NCBI GenBank assembly: GCA_963702845.1
Contig: OY969763.1
Span: forward strand, 2,528,001-2,592,000
Length of the DNA: 64,000 nucleotides
Direction: 5' to 3'
Source: an uncultured Verrucomicrobiae bacterium
GTDB taxonomy: Bacteria > Verrucomicrobiota > Verrucomicrobiia > Limisphaerales > Palsa-1400
Both the position numbers and the translations under genes were made by a program. The notes below the pieces were generated by a model. The model was given only the letters and a program-made list of their open reading frames with translations, searched no databases and was not told where the DNA came from. Positions 9,094 to 20,426 of the stretch are shown piece after piece (the first letter of the stretch is position 1; the number at the start of each line of letters is the position of its first letter).

Positions 9094-11450
9094 ATGTCCC
9101 TGGACGCTAAAGTCGCATTTCAAAAACGTTGTAGGCTCTGGAGCCCACCGCTTTTAATTCTTGTGGCGGTCGTCGTTGCTTTCTCGCCTGTTTTTTCTGC
9201 TGGGTTTATATGGGACGACGACATCATGCTGACCCGCAACCCGCTGATTAGCGGGCCTTTGCACGCATTTTGGCTTTCAGCAAAGCCAGTGGACTATTTC
9301 CCTCTTACTTATACAACGCTATGGATCGAATGGCGCCTTTGGGGGATGAATCCGCTCGGCTATCACATTACAAATGTGTTGTTGCACGCGCTCAGTTGCG
9401 TAATTTTATGGCGCTCATTTGTCCAACTAAATTTTCCTGCTGCATGGTTGGCTGCACTCCTGTTCGCGGTCCATCCGGTGAACGTGGAATCTGTTGCCTG
9501 GATTGCCGAACGCAAAAACGTCCTCGCAATGCTGTTTTATAGTTTGACCGCCTGGTCGTTCGTTTGCTTTGTGCGGTCGCGCAACCACCGTTTTTATGTG
9601 CTCTCCATCGCTGCTTTTATCTTATCGCTGCTGGCAAAACCTGCCGCAGCGGCATGGCCGCTAATTGCTTTCGCCACCGGCTGGTGGATTTGTACGCATA
9701 GCAACAACCGAGCTGACAATCGAGGTTCCCAAACCAATCTCGAAATTCTTCGAAAGTGTTGCCGATGGGTAATCCCATTTTTTCTAAGTGCCGCGATAAT
9801 TGCTCCAGTTACGATTTGGTTCCAATCTCACAATTCAATGGGGGGGAAGTCAATTATCCAGACCTTCTGACGCGGGTAGCTGCTGGTGGCCGCGCTTTTT
9901 GGTTCTACCTCGGCAAGGCCGTCTTGCCGCACTCGCTGACAATCCTATACCCGACCTGGGCAATAGACCCGCATTCACCCGTGTCGTACGTCCCCTGGCT
10001 CGGCTTCATTGCGCTGTTCTGTATACTGGCTAAGTTTCGCAACAACTGGACAAGACCTCTGCTGCTCGGCCTTGCTTATTACTTCCTGTTGCTGTTACCG
10101 GTGCTCGGATTCTTTGCCATGTCTTACCAGCGTTTCTTGTACGTAACCGACAGATGGCAATATTTCGCATTACCTGCGGTTACCGTCCTGATTGCGCTCG
10201 GCCTGTATAAATCCAAACTCACCTATCTGGGGCTTGTGCTCGCGATCCTGTTCAGCGCGCTGACTTTTACTCAATGTCGTCTATATCACGATGTCGAAAC
10301 CCTCTGTGCGGATGTCTTAAACAAAAACCCAAATTCTGAACTCGCCCTCAGTTTCTTGGGTTATTATCGACAAACAGCCGGCCATCCAGAAGACGCCATC
10401 AAGCTCTATAGCCGCGCTCTCGAACTGAATCCCAACGAAACAGACCTTCACATTAATCTCGGTAACGCCTTGCTAACGGTGGGCCGTAGTGACGATGCAA
10501 TTCAGCAATATCGTGCTGCGATCAGCATTGATAATCATCACGCACCACCGCATTGCAGTCTGGGAAGCATCTTTGAAAAGCAGGGCAAGGTGAATGATGC
10601 CTTAGCTGAATACCGTGCAGCTATTCAGTGGCAGCCGAACTATGCGCCAGCGTATAATGCGCTCGGACGGTTGTTGTACTTGCAAGGAAATCAGAATGAA
10701 GGTATTGCTCAACTGAGCCATGCGCTCGCCATCGATCCAGAGTTTCCCCCGGCCCTCATCAATCTCGGCGTTTTCCTTACCGACCAGAATCAGGCCGATC
10801 AAGCAGTTTCCTTCTGTCAAAAAGCCGTCACGTTATACCCTGACGACGCGGATGCCCACGCCGCTCTTGGCAATGCGCTGTTCCACCTGAAACAAAGTTC
10901 CGCAGCGCAGGATCAATTCACCGTCGCACTCAAACTCAATCCATCACAAGATCTGGCCCTCTATGGGCAAGCCAACTGCCTCAGCCTTTCCGGCCAAAAT
11001 TCGGAGGCCGCCAAACTCTACGAACAGATCCTCATCCAGAATCCTGACCACGCCGAATCACATTTCCGACTCGCCATGCTTCTAGTCGCAAATAAACAAA
11101 AAGATCCGGCCATAGCGCACCTTCGTGACGCCGTTCGTCTCAAGCCCGACTGGATCGAAGCGATCAATAATCTTGCCTGGTTTCTGGCCACCGACCGTAA
11201 ATCTAACGCTGCCGATTGTGCCAAGGCGGTACGCCTTGCCGAACGCGCCGTCGAACTTTCCGGCGGCCGCAATGCAGGTGCTTTCGACACACTCGGGGCA
11301 GCATGGGCGCGCAATGAAGTGTTTACCAAAGCAATTGACGCGGCGCGTCGAGCGATGGAAGTAGCGACTCAAACCGGCCAAAGCAATCTTGCCACCGATA
11401 TTCAAAATCGCATCGCTCTGTATAACAAACACAGTGCTTATAGTGAGTGA
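9094..11450 (+). CDS. TMTC-like GT-C glycosyltransferase-TPR protein (paralog 2), frameshifted at G7 tract 9840-9846
   Basis: ORFs 9094..9870 and 9756..11450 together are colinear with paralog 1 over the full length. Adding one G to the run joins them (HNSMGGEVNYPDLLTR). Confidence 0.85.
10717..10920 (+). repeat. 204-bp near-identical repeat, copy 2 (TPR region of paralog 2)
   Basis: Direct alignment with 8308-8511. Confidence 0.9.
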
Positions 11451-11569
11451 GCGGGGCTGTGTCGCGTGGGTCTGAGTAGCAATAATAGCTACAGCGGCAT
11501 CGGATAAAGGCGCAGGTGTATTCCGTGTAAGTACGGACGCATTTTGCCTGATTTCTCTTAGGATTTTGT

Positions 11570-11599
11570 TTGACGGGGTCTCCCCTACTTTTATAGGCT
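11570..11599 (+). promoter_or_regulatory. Possible sigma70-type promoter for giant surface protein A
   Basis: TTGACG at 11570-11575, followed by TATAGG after 16 nt or TAGGCT after 18 nt. Confidence 0.35.
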
Positions 11600-11703
11600 A
11601 ACCCAGTAATCACCGAGATTAGGGACCGCCTGTTCCGCATTGTCAGGCGTTCCTGTCAATAAAAAAACCAGTTATAAACAGTTAGTAACTCCGTTCCGTC
11701 GCT

Positions 11704-14700
11704 ATGAAAACAAACTTCGTCCGCCGATTATTGCCTATGGCGTTTATCGCAGCCTTTGGCCTGCGCGCCTCTGCCGCAGTATTAAATTTTGACCCCGATA
11801 CCACCGGGGCCGGTAATGATTGTTCGACTGGAGCTGGCCTCGGCGGCGGCGGAACCTGGGACGCGGTAACAGCACAGTGGGCTGATTCCGCCAACTGCAC
11901 GACTGATATTCCATGGGTCAGCGGCAGCGACGTGGTATTCTGGCCGGGCACGGGCACGACGATTACTGCAGGCAGCGCATTTACCGTAAGTAACATCACG
12001 TTCCAAGCCTCCGGTCTAACGCTGTCAGGAGCGTCCGGCCTGACTTTGTCTGGAACACCGACGCTGACCGCAAACAGCGGCTTGGCGACCATCAACGCTT
12101 CCATTGCTGGCACTGGTGGTTACAACGTTGGCGGCACAGGCAGGATGAAGCTCGGCAACAACCCCAATCTCGTATCTGGTCCAATTTCGATTGGAACCGG
12201 CAGCACGCTCGAGCTTGTAACCGGTGCTTCGATGGCCAGTTCGGGTTCTGTAACAATTAATGGTGGGACACTCAGAAACGATGACGACGGCTCGCAAAAC
12301 GGTTTAGTTTTCTACCCGAACGGTTATTCAGGTAACATCCTCCTGGATGCAGTGAACGGGGGCACGATTGCCATGGGTGGAACAACGGTAAGCTTGTCTG
12401 CCCCCCTCTCAGGCCTCCTGCAGTGGCCCAATGGAGGTAATTGCCAAATCCAAGGTGGACCTTTAACCGTATCTTCGCCTAACAACGGCAAACAGACGTT
12501 GCGCATGCAAACCGTCAATACCTTTTCTAAACTGATTATTGTCGGTCCGGCTTGCTACCAGATCACTACCTCGGGAACTAACGATACTGGCGCATGTGGT
12601 GCCATCCCGGCGAGTTTTACATCCGATGCGATTCTGATGCAAAACAACGCCGTGTTGCAGGCTAACGACCCGATTTTCAGTGCCAAACTCCAAGTCACCT
12701 CAATTCACACCAATCGCGGAATCACGTTGGGAACTGCTCCTGGCGACAATTGCTATTTTACGGGCGCCACGGTTAACTCCTCCGCGACGCAGGACTTTTG
12801 GCTGAACAGTCAAATTTCTGGTCCTGGTAACCTCAATCTCGGTTATACCAATGCGACCACTGCCACTTCCTATTTCAATGAGCCCATTATCGCTGCCTCA
12901 GGCGTCAATATTCACTTGAACCATGTCAATACTTATACCGGCAATACCATTGTCAATTGCTCGTTCAACGAGGTCGAGGTCGCAGGCGGGCTTCCGAACA
13001 ATCCAGTATACTGGCCTGGAACTAAAAGTGACCACACTTTCCAGGGATTGCTCATTAATGCGAATACAACCGTTCCTTCCATTACGTTGACTAATGGCGC
13101 GAACAGCGGCTATCGCCTCACCCTTAATAGCGCTGCCGCTACGTTTACCCTTAATCAGAATGTAAATACTGGTTTTGGTGGTAACATTGGCGGCGCAGGC
13201 CACTTCATCAAACAAGGATCGGGTAACCTTACCAACTTATATACAGTAGCTAGTTGGGGTGCCACAGGACACTTCGAGATCAATGGCGGTTCAATTGTGA
13301 ATGGTAGCGCTGCATCAGGTCTCCCCAACCTTAGCCTTATCGATATCGGTGCCGCTGGTACTATGGACATGAACAACTTCAGTGACACGATCGGTGGTTT
13401 GAACGGCGCTGGTAATGTAATTAATGCTACCAACCTGTTTTTGATCGGTATGAACAACAACAGCGGTGCTACCACGACCACTAACTTCAGCGGCAACATC
13501 AGTGCTGGCCCCGGCGGCAATTGCGTGCTGAATATCCAGAATCTTCCTGGCACTAGCTCGCTCATTCAGACCCTCAGCGGATCGAACAATTTTAGCTCGG
13601 TTTTCATGTTTGGCGCGCCTGCTACCTTGATCGTGGGCAGTAATAATGCTGTCGGCCAAGGTACGATCCTTGTATCAAACACCCCAGTACTCAGTAGTGT
13701 CGGCAACATCACGCTTGGCAATAACTTCATCATCACCAACGGAGGGGGTACTAATTTTCAGTTGACAGCCATGGGGGGCACCGGCGGTTCGTTGACTCTC
13801 AATGGTGTGATCAGCGGTCCTGGTAGCCTCAAAACTACCAGCGGCGGCTCGCTTACCCTTACTGCAAACAATACCTTCGCGACCGGCGTAAGTAACGCTG
13901 CGGGCGTGCTCAACATCAGTCACGCCCATGCCTTGGGGACCGGCACCTACACCCCGTTGGGCGGAATTCTGGAAAATACCGCTGGCACCGATCTTATCGT
14001 GACCAACGCAGTTACTGTTCAAAGCGGCGGTGTTCTTTATGGCGGCACGAATAACAATCTAACCTTTAGCCAGCCAGTCAACCTCAACGCCGCGAGCCGA
14101 AATACCACTGTTTTCGGCCACACCTGGACATGGGCGGCTGGAGCAACCAGCTCCGGCGGCGCAATTAACAAGTTGGCCGGCCTCGGCACGCTCGCCCTCG
14201 GCGGCACATCAACATTCAACGGCGCCCTCACAGTTAGCGCTGGGACCCTACAGATTGACGGCAACGTATCGACAAGTTCGGGAACAACGGTGAACAGTGG
14301 CGGCACGCTTGTTGGCTCCGGCACCGTTTCTACCGTCACGGTTAACACCGGCGGCACGATTTCAGCCGGCTCTACTGGAGTTGGCGCTCTGGCCACAACC
14401 GCCCAAACATGGAACGGCGGCTCCACAAACGTATGGGACTTCTCTGATGCAGCTGGCGTGGCAGGTACCGGCTACGATACATTCAACATGAGTGGTGCGT
14501 TAACAATCGGTGCGACGCCCGCAAGTCCGATGACACTCAAAATCACTGGCACGCCCGCCAACTTCCCTGGCAGCGGCAGTTGGACTATTGCTACCGCATC
14601 GGCAGTTAGCGGCTTTGACTATCGTTCGATTACCATCGACACGACTGGTCTTACGGCCTCACTCGACCCGAACAAAGCCTTCCGCGTTACCCAATCTGGC

Positions 14701-17700
14701 AACAACCTCGTGCTGACTTATTCCGACCCGGCGATTACGGTTGATCCAGTGAACATCATTGTCAGCCATACATCGAACGCTGTTTTCAATGTCACCGCGA
14801 CTGGCGCATCGCTCAGCTATCAATGGCAGAAAAACGGCATCAACATCAGCGGCGGAAACATCACTGGCGCCACTACCAGCAGCCTCACCGTCGGGAATAT
14901 TTCCGACAGCGACCTTGCTTCCTATAGCGTTGTCGTTACCGACTCCACCATCCCAGCCAGTGTCACCAGCGCCAGCGCTACCTTGGACATCGCTGACGCA
15001 CCGGTGATCACGATTCAACCGGCTTCCCAGACAGTCGGGATCAATACCAACGCTCAGTTCATCGTCACCTGGAACGGATCAGCCGATGATATCGCTAAGG
15101 GCTACACCAAATTCCAATGGAGAACAAATGGGGTGAATTTAGCGAACACCGCTCGCTACGCTGGGGTTACTACCACCAACATGACGGTTGTCGCAGCGCA
15201 GCTTACCAATGCGGCAAGTTACACCGTCGTTCTCTCGAACTTGTTCGGAATGGCCACCAACACTGCTGCCATCCTTGGAGTTGATACCATCCCGACCATA
15301 TCACTCCAGCCGGTCGGCCACATCATCTCACCTTATGGTGGATGGACGAATGAGATCGTCACGGCCGCTGGCGGAGACCTCAGTTATCATTGGTGGTATA
15401 CCAACACTGTGAGCACAAATTTGGTGGTCGAGGATGCGACCAACTACATTGGGGCAACGACTGCAAACCTGATTATCACCAATGCCGTGGATACGAATTC
15501 CGGTGGCTATTTTGTGATCATTACAAACTACGCTGGGTCTATAACCAGCGCGGTTGCAGTAGTCAGCATCCCAGTTGAGCCGGTCATTGCTTCAAGTCCG
15601 ACCAACCGCTCTGCAGTTACAGGTCAGACGACAATCTTCACCGCGATCGCTTCCGGTAAACCAAACCTGTTCTATCACTGGAAGAAAGACGGTGTAAATC
15701 TCGTTGACGATGGCCTCCACATCACCGGCGCTCATACGGCGAGTTTGACTTTGGCCAACCTCACGACGGCTGATACTGCAATCACGCCTGGATATTTGCT
15801 TGAAGTCACCAACGACTTCGACGCATTCACTGCCAACACGATTGCGGCAACATTGACGGTCTTTGATCCTATCACAATCAGTGCCACCCTTGCCGATGGG
15901 ACACCCGGCGCTCGGTACTTATATTAGTAGCAATGCGATTACCCTGACAGCTCCTTTGACGGCTGGTACTGGTCCTTTCACATATCATTGGAAAAAGGGC
16001 GCAGCCAATGTCAGCAACGGAGGCACCATCTCAGGTGCTGCAACCGACACCCTGAGCATCTCCAGTGCGGCGTTGACAGACGCTGGCAGCTATTCGCTCG
16101 CTGTCACCAACTTTGCCGGCGCCACCACCAGCGCTCCGGTTGTTATTACTATTAATCAAGGGGTCGCAATAACATCTCAACCCTCTTCCATAACTGTTGA
16201 CGTTCCTGGCCACACTGCCAAATTTACGGTTGTAGCAACTGGTAATCCTTTGGCGTATCAATGGTACTTCAACAGCAACGCCATCGCTGGAGCGACCAGC
16301 GCTTCTTACACGAATACGAGCGTCAGTTCAGCAGACATCGGTTACTATTATGTTGTGGTAGGCAACACGAACAACACTGTAAAAAGCTCGGTGGTGACGT
16401 TGAAGATCGGTCAATTCTTCTTCTTTGATGCTCTGACCAACAGTACCTCCGCCGCAAACTGGAACGTCTTCACGAACAAGAGCGACTCGACCACCAACTG
16501 GGCGTTCGATTACACGTTGCATGACGACAATTCTGGACCTGGTATTCCGCAGAATACGAATTCCACCTCACCGACGGCCTTGCAGCTAACCATTAACAGC
16601 TCCGGCACTAACAACGGCGCGTCCATAACGCTCGTTCCCAAGACCATCAATGCCACTGGCGATTACCAGTTCAGCTTCGATGTGTTCATGAACTTCTTGG
16701 GAGGCGCGGGCACTCCTGGATCTCAAACCGCGCAAAGCATGACCGCAGCTCTCGGTTGCGTTGCTAACATCACAAACGGAATAAGCGGATTTAGTAACGG
16801 TGTCGTAGCATTTGCTAACTGCGACAACGCCCTTTCCGCGGATGACTATGCGATGTATGCAAACTCAAGTGCCGGCAGTGGCTCAGCCAAAGTTTCTCTT
16901 AGCGACTTGGTTGCTGGCAGTGGTTATCACATTAATTCCTACTATGCCTTCGTCAGCGCTAGTAACACCGTCACATTCCCGACCAATGAAGTGCTATCAA
17001 CGCTCGACGGAGCGGCTAGCCAATCCAGGCCCCTTCCGTACGACGTAGGCACATTCGGATTGGCTTGGCATCACGTCCTGATCCAGCGCTCCGGTACCGG
17101 CACAGGCACCACAACCGTGACCTATTACATCGACGGCAAACCAATTGGCACTGTGACCAACGCATTCTTCGGCAATAGTGGCAACGCAATCGACATTGGT
17201 CTGTGGGCTACCTTCGCTGGCGGCGGCTCAACCAACTGGGAATTTACGCTCTTCAACAACGTTAAAGTTGAAAGCTTCCCTGGCGCAGGTGTCGCTCCGA
17301 CAATCACCACGCCGGTCGCCGATTTGACTGCAAATGCAGGATCGGCGGCGATCCTCAGTGTCACTGCGGGGACCAGCCCGACGACATTGCGTTATCAATG
17401 GGCCAAAGGTGGTGTCAACCTCAGTAACGGTGGCAACATCTCTGGCGCGACCAGTTCGGCGCTGACTATCAGCGGTGTGCTGGCAACGAACGCAGGTTCA
17501 TACAGCGTCACTGTGCTTAACGACTCCGACTTCGTCAGCGGTGGTTCGGGAATTCTGACGGTCATCGACCCGGCTATCACTGCTCAACCGACGAATACAA
17601 CCGTCGAATGCAGCTCGGATGCTGTCCTGAGCGTTACTGCAGCTGGAACCGGAACTCTCACCTACCAATGGTTTACGCCCGATGCTAACGGTACGGCAGT

Positions 17701-19525
17701 CCCCAGCGCGACCGCCTCGTCGCTGACTATCAATAATGCTAACGGCTCATCGAGCTACGCAGTTGTCGTGACCGGTTCGGCTGGCACCGCAACGAGCAGC
17801 GTGGCCACAGTATCGACTGTCGATACGACCGCACCGGTCATTACGATGAACGCCGGTGTAAGCACCATTTGTTTGGGCCACATCTACACCGATCCTGGTG
17901 CGTCGGCTACTGATGCCTGCGAGGGTTCGGTTGGCACCTCGACAAGCGGCACGGTGAATACGTCCATTGCGGGCGATTACACTCTGACCTACTCGGCGCA
18001 GGATTCGTCAAGTAATCCGTCGACAGCAACCCGTGTTGTTCAGGTCGTGACCTGCGGAGCTGGGATCACCTTGCAACCACTGGGTACAAACATCAACGCT
18101 GGAAAGACGTTGACGCTGACGATCGCCGCCAGTGGTCTGAACCCCACATACCAATGGAGCTCGAATAGCATTGCCATCCTCGATGCTACCAACGCGACCT
18201 ACACCAAGCTGAACGTCACTCAAGCTGATGCCGCTACCTACACCTGTGCCGCAACTGCGGACAGCACGACCATCGTCAGTGACCCAGCAGTAGTCACCGT
18301 GAACGATCCTGCGGTCAACGTCCAGCCAGTGAACGTGGTCGCCACCACCAAGAGCAACATTACCTTCAGCATCACTGCTGCTGGAACCGGCCCGTTAACC
18401 TATCAATGGTACTTCATTAAAAACGGAACAACGACGCCGAAGAAGATGGTCAAGAGCGCGACGATCCCGGCTGTGACCAACGCCACGCTTAGCATCAACA
18501 ACGTAGCTGGCGCAGCCAATGGCGGCTCCTACTACTGCATGGTGACCAACTCGCTCCACTCCGGAACGGTCAGCTCCAACGCGACCCTGACGGTCTACGA
18601 CGCGCCTTTGGTGAAAATTGCTCCGCCGAGCAAGACGTTGCTGGCTGGTTTCAACTACACCATGGTAGCCAAAGTGACCAAGGGTGCGCTCAATCAGACC
18701 TTGAGCTATCAATGGAACAAAAACGGCAATGCCATCGGTGGCGCGACCACCTCGACCTACTCGCTGGTGGATGTTCAAACCCCTGACACAGCGGTATACT
18801 CCTGCGTGGTGAGCAATAACTCGCCGACAGGTGGCTCGGCCAGTCTCTCCCTGACGGTCACTCAAGACACTGAAGTTCCCAAAGTGGTGCTCTTGTTGAA
18901 GCCGACGGACATGGCAGCCAAACATGCGTTGACCACTAACGACGTCCCCGTTGATCCGACCGGAACCAATCACGCGCCTGATGTCGACTTCCTCGGCAAG
19001 GCAGTGGATAAAGGTTTGATTGTGTCCGCCTGGGTCAGCAACGCCGTCAATCAGGCGGTGTTCCCGGCGACCTTCGTGAAGAAGGTGACCGACCTGACGG
19101 CAACGAACACCGCAGCCGGCAAGCCAGCATTCTTCCTCTCACACGTGAGCATGGTAGATGGAACCAACATCTTCTGGGGCCTGGCGACGGACTCGGACGG
19201 CAACACGAGCACCACCACGAAAGGCACGCACATGTTCTTCATTGCCAATCCACAAGCGCTGACCCTGGCGACCAGCGGGACGGGCAGGATCACCTCGGTG
19301 ACCGACGCGACCTCGAAGAACTGGGGCAACCCGACGAACACGGCAGTGCTGGCGGTGGGCCATAATTACACGATAAAGGCCACGCCAATCGGTCACCTCG
19401 TTACCTTCCAGAAATGGACCGTGTCAGACAGCACTGGCCCATTGGCTGATCAACTGGCCAATCCATTGACCTTCACCATGACTCCTGGACGGACCAATAC
19501 GGCTGTGTTCTCAAACCACCCGTAA
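11704..19525 (+). CDS. Giant secreted surface protein A (about 2600 aa): beta-helix passenger-like region, multiple Ig-like domains, LamG/ConA-like domain, one DUF5011/HYR-like repeat, C-terminal Ig plus InlB-B-like module; one frameshift near 15905
   Basis: Sec signal (MKTNFVRRLLPMAFIAAFGLRASA), autotransporter-associated repeats (GLGTLALGGTSTFNGALTVSAGTL) and Ig repeats (ITxQP...YQW...Y). Removing one C at about 15904-15906 joins 11704..15927 to 15863..19525 (LADGTPALGTYISSN). Confidence 0.85.
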
Positions 19526-19541
19526 TTAACGACTAATTCAC

Positions 19542-19575
19542 AAGGCGTCCCGCAAAAGCGGGACGCCTTTTTTGT
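19542..19575 (+). terminator. Rho-independent terminator after protein A
   Basis: Perfect 12-bp stem aaggcgtcccgc-aaaa-gcgggacgcctt followed by a T tract. It lies between convergent genes. Confidence 0.9.
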
Positions 19576-19580
19576 TTTTA

Positions 19581-20297
19581 CTAAGCGAACGCAAATTGTT
19601 TGAGGAACGATTCGGTGGGTGCCTTGATCACGACGTTCTTGCGTTGAAAAGGATCCGGGTAGGAAAGTTCTGTAGCACGGAGCGCCATAGAAAGTCGTTC
19701 ACCCACCCGTAGTGGTCCATACAGTGAGTCGCCGACCACAGGTGTGTTTGCCGCAGCCAGGTGGACGCGAATCTGGTGCATGCGGCCGGTCAACGGACGC
19801 GCCTCAACCAAAGCACGGTTTTCCAAAACTTTCAGGACGGTGAATTCTGTTTCCGCTTCCTTTCCGTTGCGCGGGTCGATTTTCATTCGACCGTGCACGC
19901 CGGGTTCAGGGCCGATCATCAGTGAGCAGACCCATTTTTGCTCGCGCGGAATTCCCTCAACGACCGCTAAATATTTCTTTTCAACTTTGCGGGTTTCAAA
20001 CAGTTCGCTTAACACCGTCAGCGCACCCGGTGTTTTGGCGAGCAGCAGAACACCGCTGGTTTCGGCGTCTAATCGATGAACAAATCGAATGAATCGCAAT
20101 CCGCGTGATTGAGCCCAGAAATCTCCAGCATTGAGCGATGACACCAATGCGCGTTGCAGATTTCTTTGAGTGCGATCCCAATCATCGGGCGCGAGCATCC
20201 AACCAGCTGGTTTATCGACGCCAAGTACAACGCGGTCTTCGTAGAGGATCGGAAGAGGCGCGCCGCTGGGGAGTTCAATAACCATTGGTTTGGGCAT
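19581..20297 (-). CDS. RluA-family pseudouridine synthase
   Basis: VDKPAG, HRLDAETSG catalytic Asp motif, TGRMHQIRVHL, VGDSLYG. Confidence 0.93.
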   Translation of the reverse strand: MPKPMVIELPSGAPLPILYEDRVVLGVDKPAGWMLAPDDWDRTQRNLQRALVSSLNAGDFWAQSRGLRFIRFVHRLDAETSGVLLLAKTPGALTVLSELFETRKVEKKYLAVVEGIPREQKWVCSLMIGPEPGVHGRMKIDPRNGKEAETEFTVLKVLENRALVEARPLTGRMHQIRVHLAAANTPVVGDSLYGPLRVGERLSMALRATELSYPDPFQRKNVVIKAPTESFLKQFAFA

Positions 20298-20426
20298 AAT
20301 TAAAATTTGTTAATATTGGATGATGAAAAGTCGCTATCTTATTAAAACGGTTCTGCGACAATATGCGAACCGGGAAAAGATGCGACAACAGAGCAGGTCA
20401 TCGTCCAGAGCTGCCGCGTTCGCACA

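Noticed and set aside
8308..10920. 204-bp repeat pair as a diversity-generating retroelement TR/VR
   Set aside because: The mismatches are not adenine-specific, both copies lie inside paralogous CDSs, and there is no reverse transcriptase in the window.
15863..15927. Protein A as two separate genes
   Set aside because: The second ORF has no signal peptide and starts mid-Ig domain; a single-base correction gives one continuous protein parallel to protein B.
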